Shown: in pieces, positions 23,851 through 33,000 of the stretch | How positions within the stretch are numbered: the stretch's first letter is position 1 | Layout of the letters: the number at the start of each line of letters is the position of its first letter | NCBI GenBank assembly: GCA_977030845.1 | Contig: OZ365112.1 | Coordinates: forward strand, 17,391,001-17,424,000 | Origin: Fimbriosthenelais zetlandica | Taxonomy: Eukaryota | Reading direction: 5' to 3' | Length of the DNA: 33,000 nucleotides | Program-made: the position numbers and the translations under genes | Notes under the pieces: generated by a model | Database searches by the model: none | Seen by the model: only the letters and a program-made list of their open reading frames with translations | Told to the model about the DNA's origin: nothing

Positions 23851-26800
23851 TGAATAACAATATTATTATACCCATATACCCAGCCCTGATTATTAATGTT
23901 ATTATCTGGCAACTTGGTGATAATCTGGATGTATGTGGCTTCATCGCTTGAAAAGCATTGCCTCGTGGATCGCAGCACTACCTTTGTGTAGGCTTCACAT
24001 AATGTGGATGCAAATGTGGAAAGAGGGGAAGGGATGGAGATAATTAGTAGGGGGTGTGTTATCTATGGAAACAATAATGATTGTCCATGATAAATCTCCA
24101 TTAGGGTCATTGGCTACAAGGCCCTCCGTGCGCCACTCACTTCCATGCAGGCCCATATATAACAGGTCCAATCATAGCAGCAGGGGGCGTGCCTAGCCCC
24201 CCCGAGATTTGCTACACAACTTGAGCATACAAGCTGTTTTATAAATGGCCAAATAATAGCAGCAATTTCCATTTTTCTAACATGGACAAGCCCAGGCCAA
24301 TTTACCTGCCAAATACTTTATAAACACTTTATGTGTTCCAAATAGTCGGAGGTTCAAGTTTTAGACCCCCACCCATGATTTGCATCTTTGGCACTTTGAT
24401 CTAAGGACCTCTATATATGCAGCAAATTCCAAGCTCAGAGTGCCTGCCATATTATAAATATGAAAAGCAATATTGTCTATTCCTATCACAGTTAAATGAA
24501 TGACGGTGAATTAAATTATTCGTATCAATTGGCACACGAGTAGAGATTATCTCAGAGTGTTAGGAGATGATAACATTGACAGACTGCTGAGTAGGCTGAG
24601 TGCAAATAATTAAACAAACGATTGGTACTTGGGTTTTAACGAGTGTTAATTGTATTTGATCGACTGAAGATTAAACATGTTAATTATGTTCACCCCCTAG
24701 ACATAATGGTCTTGGTCTGAATGATTTTCAATAGACTCCTGTTGGGTTTTAATTAATATGGCTTCCATCAATACTCTTTATTATCTATTAAGGCCATAAT
24801 ACATATTGATTTTCTAACCTTTGTGGCCTGCGACATGTTTAGTAGAGATAAATAGGGATGTACATGTGAACATTTGTCATAAATATAATGATACATCCCT
24901 TGGTGCATAATGAGAAAATATGGTGATTAATACATTCCTACACGACAGTTTCTCATTTAAGGTTTTTCCCTTTCCTCTACTAATCAACAAGTCACATGCT
25001 GGAGTATGAAAATACCTTCATTATACATGTACATGAAGGCCAACGTGCACGACCACCGCTACAGCGCCCCTCCTCAGCTATCTGTGTACTGAAGTCATTA
25101 TATATCTCTGAAGGGCAAGAAGTTTTATCAGATTAGTCCAGCACCAAGCCCCTGGTGTTAGTTATCAGATCTATCCCAACACTTTGCTGCCCTAAGGCTA
25201 TATAATAAGTAGTCACGAGCGAGAAAAGTGTCTGTCAGTCATCAATCTAAGTTAAGTTTTCTTTTAGTAGAAAAAGTCTCACAATTTTGTCTTGAGCAAA
25301 ATTTCAATCCACCCACTTGCCCGTGGAGCCGTGACTTCCGTGTAACGGCTGTTATTTCTGGACACATCGGTCTGGGGAATTGCAAACTTGGATTGAGCTT
25401 CTCGTGGGTGTTGAGCAGCTCAAGTAGCACTTATTGCCTACGAGGGTTGAAGGCTCGTATAGGTAATGAGGCAGTCTACTGGCCACCGTTGACATGTCAT
25501 GCCCACATAGACACCATTTTAATTACCGAACAGGTGTATCTCCATGTGCTTGTTGACTTGATGCGTGTTTCCCGCCCATGTCATGTTTTATTCACATACT
25601 TGCCCGATGTAAGCCTTTCATCTGATGTTGGTACTGAAGGCCTATAGCAGTGCATTTATGGTTCGTGTCGGTACACGTATAGAAAGGTTTGTACATTGAA
25701 ACTTCTGCCAGATGCAACTGTTGATGGGGGCTTATTAAATATATATGTTTCAAACAAATTCTCCAATATAACATTTTTGTTCTATTTTCAAAATAAACCA
25801 AAAAGGTCATATGCATCTCATGAAATCCAAGTCATTGTTAAGTTTTGGGGATTTTCTATTCCATTATGTTTTTCAACATAAAGTTCCGTTGATAGCTTCT
25901 TCATTGAATGAGTTACTTTGAGCATTCAATATTCCCTCTTTAGAAATGTAACATGAATCCATTAGTTTAGCGTATATAAATGTGCTGTGGTGGCCATAGA
26001 TATTGTGATGTATTTTAGCCCCTCCCCAGCACAGAGTGAATCGGTCTATATCAATGTCAGAAGCGATAAACAACCTGACACTATGGATTTTCATTCTAAT
26101 TGTCAACATAATAATAGAGCCGAGTGGCTGGCCGGGTTGGGCGTATATTTTTGTTTGGCCTGTATATTACCATGGTGGTGTGGGTGAGTTAAAATACCAG
26201 CAGAACAATTACATCTGATTGAGCACCGAGACTGCTACAAAATACCTAATGATATCATGCTTTATTGGTAGGCAACCACCCCCAGGGGTACTATACTCCA
26301 TCTCTCCCATAACACTAATAGGAAAGCACATTATAATGGCTCAATCCCTAGCTCTGGATTTTAATATGTATTTTTACTCCCCATGATAGTCTCTTGTTCC
26401 ATGAATTAATATCGAAATGGTGAATTTTTTTCATGGGGAATGTCAGAGAGATGAATTAGCTTCACCATGAAGTATCTGGCAGTCGTTTCTATTCTCTGGG
26501 TGGAAAGCCATATAGTTCATTGATAATCCATAAAAATCGAGGTCTTTTTCTTTTAACTTTAAAATTGTAAATTCATCTCTGGTTTCACCAATCGACATTT
26601 AATTGCTTGGTGTGGCACTACCCCAATTGCTGTTTAAAATTCTTCTCTCTCCCAACCACACGCCCATCTCTCATTCACGATTCAATGCTGTGCATCTTAA
26701 TGTATCAGAGTCGTTTCCAGCCATCGATCAGTCTATGAGAGTTGAAATGTTACACTAATGGATCACAAGCAAACTATCCTTTCAGCGTATTTTTCTCCAA

Positions 26801-27540
26801 GGAATCTGGTTATTTCCAAGAAGTAGCTCAATATATTCGTTCTTCATTAATTTGTGAAAACAGAAACTTCTGTCTGTGTTGAAGGTGCACTGAGAATGCA
26901 CATAGCTTATAGAAGATGGTGCAATAGGGAAATTAAGTAGGCTAATATTTCTTGTATGCTGCACAGTCGCATGCCCCCGCATTCAGCCGTGCTCGGCCAC
27001 TGTAAATGAAGCATATATGTAATTTAATCATGCATCTCGATACAATTCGAGACTCATGTGCACTTCTTGGTTGAACAAGATTAAAGATGAAAGAAGTGAG
27101 GGAGTCGAGAGAAAACAAGTGAAGAAGTGGAATTTTACAGGACTTTACATTGTCCATCGAGATATAATAATGTGCATAACATCTGTATATATCGTTAAAT
27201 TGCCTTTACACTTGGTTTAACTTGAATTAATTAACATAAATAAATTAATCATTTATTGTTAGGTTTATGGATTGATTTATTTACATGGGGTTCTATAAAT
27301 CTGTAGGCTAATCCATGCTCTTATAGACGGGATATTTTGTGACGGGTTCGCAGCTCTCCAGTTCCGCCTTTTGTGCAGGATATTAGCTCAGCCAGCCCCT
27401 GGGAGTGTTGGTTGCTTCATAAAGTGAGGAAAATGAACACTGCCCCAAATACTGCAAGCAAGTGTGAGGGCCAAGTCCCTGGGGACATGTTACACTAGGC
27501 ACAAACAATCCTTAATGATCTATCCCTGAAGGTCAGCACT

Positions 27541-27735
27541 TTTCTCCACCACCTTTCTATCTCGCATTCTTTTCCTTCCCCTCTCCTTCTCCCATTTTCC
27601 CTCCCCTACTTGGGGCCTCTTATCACTTCGCCCTATATCTATTCCCATCATCGTCATTCATAATCCATCTCCCTCCATCTTAGTCCGTCCCCTTTCTTAT
27701 CTCATCCAAGTCACTCAGTCTTCTTTGTTATTTCC
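27541..27735 (+). repeat. Polypyrimidine (CT-rich) low-complexity tract
   Basis: About 195 bp strongly dominated by C/T on the + strand; it may partly be L2 sense sequence. Confidence 0.75.
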
Positions 27736-28110
27736 TACTTGGTGTTTTTCCTCAAGGTAAACCTCTGATTGGATTCTGCTAATGTATGAATATGCCCAGG
27801 AGTTCATTCCCTCTGAAGGTTTGTTTCAAAACACTTTTCCTGTATATTATCCCCCTATGTGTACGTCATCAATTTCTGATAGATTCTGCCTATCCTACCC
27901 GATGCCCGGTCCGTCTTAAGCCCCCTTTTCTCATTAAATCAATACCCGTACTTATTTCCCATTATCACATACTACTTACAGTCCCTCTGACCGCCAGTGT
28001 CAATGTCCACTTTTCCTATTCTACTTCTAATGGCTTGAACAGACCAGAGCGTTTTTGCAGTCACGCACGCCTAAATCAAGCAAACTGTAACTTGATTAGT
28101 ATTATGCTGG
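27690..28110 (+). mobile_element. Decayed L2-like RT fossil, subdomains 3a-6
   Basis: FLSHPSHSV (cf. YLSDRS.SV), SDWILLMY..Q / MPRSS (cf. GVPQGS), LFLYIIPL (cf. LFSLY.LPL) and SHARLNQAN (cf. N.L.LN..KT). It is preceded by a pyrimidine-rich tract. Confidence 0.35.
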
Positions 28111-29219
28111 CATTATTTTCTGAAGTAACATGGCAAGAAAAACGCCAACAACCCGAGGCGTCTCCAGTCTGTTCGCAAGCATAGGAATACCAATTAGATA
28201 CCTTCTTGCTCCAGCGTTCTTCATTTGTCTGTCGCCCCAAGAACCTTTTTAAAAGATTGAAAATAATCTATATTATCATAATGTCTGTACTTTTTATCCT
28301 AGAAAGCTTCTTAGGCTTAGAATAGAACCAGACAACGGTGTGAGACTTTGTGATGGGCCTGCAGCAGTATGGTATATATATGGGGTAGAGAGACTGGAAT
28401 ACAAAGTCCAGGACTCCTATAGATCTCAATCGTGGGTGAGCGCTTTTGTTTAATTCCGCTCACAGGCGCCCGCTTGCTGTTGGTTACGGGTGGTCAGTTC
28501 AGTGTTTGGCCACCATAAGGGGCTTATATTGTCTGCAGGTCAGGAGCCTACTACATGTCCTGGGTCAGACAAATATTATGATACCAAGCCCACTCATGTG
28601 GATAGAGTGGCCTACAGAGTTACATCATATATGATGCTATCGATCCAGGCTTCTGCACAGAGCCAAGCCAATACAATGTACAGCTGTGGAAAAGTAATTG
28701 TCCCCCATTCATAAAACACTCTCTCTGTAATGTGTTCTTATATCGCAAAAATATAATTTACCACATTGCGGGCCATTAAGTGAATTACATTCAATGAGTT
28801 TACGCTGCGTGCTTGTATACGCTGCTGACTTCATTTCGTTTGCCATTGAATTTCCCTTTCCATGTAGGCCCTATATATATTCATAAATAGGCTATTATCT
28901 GTAAAAGTTGTAATTCTCTTGAATTTCAGTTTATTATTCTTGGACACGCAGATATAGAGTAATGTTTTATGGAAAATTAATTTCCCAAACCTATTACACG
29001 TATGTCTATATTATGATAGGCTTTTCCCCAGCAATATACCATTCTATCCAGCCAGCTATAATCAAGATAATACAGTTTGAACTGTGTCTCATGCAATTTA
29101 TACATAATAGATACGTTGATTGATCCTGGTGGTAAATCAGACGTAATAACCATCTGGTCTCTCATAACTATATAACCCATTGTCCTATTAGCAGTCAGAC
29201 CATATATAAAAGTGTCGTC

Positions 29220-29880
29220 AATTCACTTTATATTCCCGTCAGCTTGACTTGCTCGAATTCGTGTCGCTATGACACGATTATATTTCAAAAAACACCATCT
29301 TGGTAAACAAGTATGGTATAGATGGCCTATTAGAGGTCAAATTAAGCAGCATTGTCATAATCCTGTTGTCTGTGTGATGTGCATGTGAACAGTAGCTGGG
29401 CCAATAATAAGAGCCAGGAACAAACACACGGGCAGGGGAAGGCATCCGAGAGGGCTTAAATCCCCAGATTTAATATCATTCAAATGCCTGCACCATAGAG
29501 AATCGGTATAATGTTGAGAAAGTGGGGAAGGCAATCTCCACCAACTTATTTTGTCCAATGAAGAATGACTTCCATCTAGCCATCCATGATAGGCTCGTCA
29601 CGAAAGAATTATATTCACACAATCTATCCATCATTTCTTTATTGTTCATGTAGACAAGCGGCGACACTTGAAGCGGGCTATTCTTGGTTGAAAGCCTTGT
29701 ATTGTCTGAGAAGGGAAAAAATCAATACTTTTCAAAGTAAATTGCCAGCCAGCCCAATGGCTGTGTTGGGGCCTATCCTGGCCTGTCCTAACTATTCAAG
29801 CGGCTAATTGAAATGCGTTTATAATTCATGAAGACATGTTATGTCTTATTGATGTTTTCAATTATGATGGGATGGATGTT
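29220..29880 (-). mobile_element. Decayed non-LTR RT fossil, subdomains 2-6
   Basis: NIHPIIIENIN (29880-, cf. N.RPISL.NID), KAFN (29687-98), DRL..Y....LSW..WKSF..VEI (LSW at 29584), GC.P.P..LF (29418-47), VYQD (29294-305) and YKVN (29221-32, cf. GYKIN). Order is correct but spacing is irregular. Confidence 0.4.
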
Positions 29881-30392
29881 TTAGCAGAGTTCACAAATGT
29901 GTATGAATTATAGCATTCTCCCTATACATGCAACATGCATCCACATCTCCGGTAATCGATGACTTCCGAGACATGACATCCTTACAATGTAAAGAGACGA
30001 GTGAAAAGATAATTTAGGATTTTTCCATCTGAAATCTGCTGTGGGAATGAATTCTACTCCTCTTCCTTCAAGGAGGCATTGATAAAAATGGCATTATTTT
30101 TCTTTAGGGGGCCTATAGAAGGGGCTAATCTATGGATTTAGACATAATATATACTTCTAAGTACATGTTTGTGTGACAATACATTGTACAGATAAACTAG
30201 TTTAGTTTTGCGAGCGTGTCTGGGGGAAGTAGAAGTAGTAAGTTGAAGGGTAGCTTGTCCTTGTCTCTGACATGTCTATACAGCCAGGTGGTAGCTCATT
30301 AACACTGGACAGAATTAATTACCTGTAAAACCTGCATAAGTCCGTCATATATCACCTTCAACCTGGCAGGTAAAATCTGAGTTCAAGACAAG

Positions 30393-30417
30393 CATTCATA
30401 CATTCATCCATTCATCA
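30393..30417 (+). repeat. Short (CATT/CATC)n-type repeat
   Basis: cattcatacattcatccattcatca. Confidence 0.7.
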
Positions 30418-33000
30418 ACATGGCCACTTCTTTCTTTGGCCACATCACACCAACATTGATTGCTTTGTGAGAGATCTAAGTAGTCACAATGGGGAAAGGA
30501 CATGTAGATGATAGGCCTACATATAGGTCATACACAAGCATCTCTCTGAGCTCGCATCAATGGTATTGTTGATGCAGGGTACAACCATCTGCCATTTCCC
30601 TTATCAAAGCGGATGGGGAGTGGGTGCCATCATACAGCGCTTGGCCCCATTGTAACCACTGCTGTTATGTTAGCATTTTACTAACCCTTCAATGAAGGAG
30701 ACAGCTTGATGGACATCCGTGATCGATGCTTTTCAATTTGCCCACTAATTGGTATTCTCCCCCTGGTTTATATTCAATAAAGTGTTACGTGTTTGTGCAG
30801 TGCGCTGATGAACTCGTCTTCGGATTTAATGAGAAACGAATCTTTAGAATCTGACATTGACCTTCCATGAGTGTGTGATTAATCAGGGAGATAGCAGTGT
30901 AAATATCTGTACCGGCCTGCCTCTATGTACAGCTCCACATATTATGAGCTCTTGACGTGTGAAGCTTTTGGTGGTGCAGTTCAATAATTCATGCTTCCCT
31001 ATATATGATTTACTGGACCCTCCCTGATCTGAAATCAGAGTTGTACAGTTTGAGTGCCGACAAAAAATGTTCGTGTTTAACTCTACGCTCTTTCAACATT
31101 TATTTGCTTTTGAGACAATCAACGTTCAGAAAAGGGTGAACAAAGGCTGGCGGTTTCGGCTTTAAATTGTCCATTTATATATATAATGGAAAATTCGCCA
31201 AGCGTGCCCCTCCGTCCTCGTGATATAGTTATAAAATATGATTGATAGTCGCCATCACGAAGCTGAAAGCGCACATATTCTTTCATTAATCAACATTTTA
31301 TGCTGCACGGTAATAAAAGCTAACTATGGCCGTAGCCTGGTGACATAAAGCCAGTATACATACAGACCCAGCCTGATATCTATATGGCACTGAGTACATG
31401 TAGATATAAACCACATTAGCTTCCCATGCTGTGTGATTCACAGCTTAGATGTACAGAGAAAATAATACTCCCCTGTATAACTCTATTATGAGATCAGATC
31501 CACGAAGTGGGTATATGCACACTGCCATTTGTCCGATACCAACTATTTTAGTACATAGGCCTAAGTACTGCTGTTCACAAATATTCTGCTTCGTTTTAGA
31601 TGGTGAAGAGGACTCGCGCTCTCCCTCTCGCCTTATTTGAAAGATAAATCTTTATCGTCGCCCTTCCCTATGCCTGGACGCAATAAATGCTAGTATAACG
31701 CCGCCATAACTCTCACTGGTTATTCTAGGAGTATTGGCTGGATGATAGCATCTTAAATCAAGGCTTTCTTCAACAACTCAATGCATGCTACTGGCGACAA
31801 CAAAAGCCTCGACATTTTTCTGATTGTATCGCCTTGAATTTATGTTCTTCACATTCCTCTAAATCAAGCTCATCCTGTCAGTTGAAGCATATTTCTCTCA
31901 ACTGTACTGAGTATAATTCATTCTAACTCCATTCCCCCAGTGTTACCATCTCCCAGATTACCATCTCCCACATTCTGTCAAGAGAGGTGATGCTGAATGT
32001 CGCATTCATCTGTGTAAAAGATTCATTGACTCGCCCGGCCATTATAAATTCTGTAATAATCAGGTTTATTTCTGTTTCTGCCAGTTGGCAGATTGCCAGT
32101 TGGCACAGCGATCTATAATGGTGCATCTCCTGAGACAAATGAATTGTATTGTTTTCTAGGAGTCTGCAATTTAATGATCCATGCAATTATAACGCAGAAT
32201 GTGAAATATCGTTTTAGTCACCTGCTCACAAGTCTCAACTTTATGTTCAATAATATATACATTGGCAGCCGCAACAGACAGACAGTTGCAACAGTCAAAA
32301 TCCCAAGAAGTGTCTGTATCAAACTGGCATGGCTTGAAAGTGAAGGAAGGGGACAAGGAAGACGCTCAGCTTTGTGATTTGATTGCAGGTGGGGCAGGCG
32401 AGTTTGTGATAATTGAATAATGTAGTATTTTCCACATAATTGGATCTAGAAGCATTACCTTGTGATAATCGATGGGATGCTGAACTCGCATTAGTCAAAT
32501 TGTCCTCCCCTGCCTGTCTCTTCTATAGAAGCAAAGCCATTGAGAAAGCTCCTAATAGCAGCAGGCATTCTTGGCTAAACAAAATAGGCAATGCTCCACG
32601 TAGGCCGTCCCATACAGCCTTGGCTCCAGAAGTGGAGACCATGTTCAGCTCACCTAGCATTTTTGTCCAAGTGATTTGGGAGAGGAAACTACTTTAGCTT
32701 TGTCTGGCAAGCCCAGGCACTATACCGTACATAATCTTGGTCTTTATGATCCCTCCAGTATCCTACCCGGTACTTAGGAAAGTTTCAGTGCTGTAAAAAG
32801 CTTCCATTCTCACTTAAATACCCTGCAACTCTGTATATTTATGTCTAAACAATTACAGATGCATAATAATATTGTATACATAATTATTGCAATTTTCAGA
32901 AGCCTACTATATGGTTCTAGGGAGGTAAAATGGGTAGCTCTTTTGCCACACTGTGCTCCAGGGGCGGTCAATATGGAATCTAAGGTATGACGTCAGTAAT

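Noticed and set aside
25242-25560. Penelope-like RT hint (WRY...LLELLN...PSLQF)
   Set aside because: There is no DD motif and the spacing is about twice canonical.
1-33000. Remaining 60-146 aa ORFs; CRISPR, tRNA, rRNA or operon-like systems
   Set aside because: ORF lengths are near random expectation and many start at GTG/TTG with no recognisable domain. I saw no repeat-spacer array, cloverleaf or prokaryotic gene organisation.

Overview
This is non-genic eukaryotic (animal-like) DNA, roughly 40% GC by eye, with patchy CpG depletion. I found no intact gene, rRNA, tRNA, CRISPR array or intact transposon, and nearly all ORF-track entries are chance ORFs or fragments. Translating all six frames across stops and frameshifts shows about 14 very decayed retroelement fossils: non-LTR RT/endonuclease of RTE/L1-like and L2/CR1/Rex-like types, plus Ty3/gypsy RT, RNase H and integrase. 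These were recognised by eye from ordered, degenerate motifs, with no HMM or BLAST, so clade labels and boundaries are approximate. The most interesting non-TE signals are a recursive-splice-site/RS-exon-like motif at 18934-18999 and four perfect AGGTCA nuclear-receptor half-sites at 23015-23057. I see no supportable evidence for a novel multi-gene system. Because every fossil is extremely blurred and no young repeat copy exists, it should first be checked that the window maps to a real assembly.
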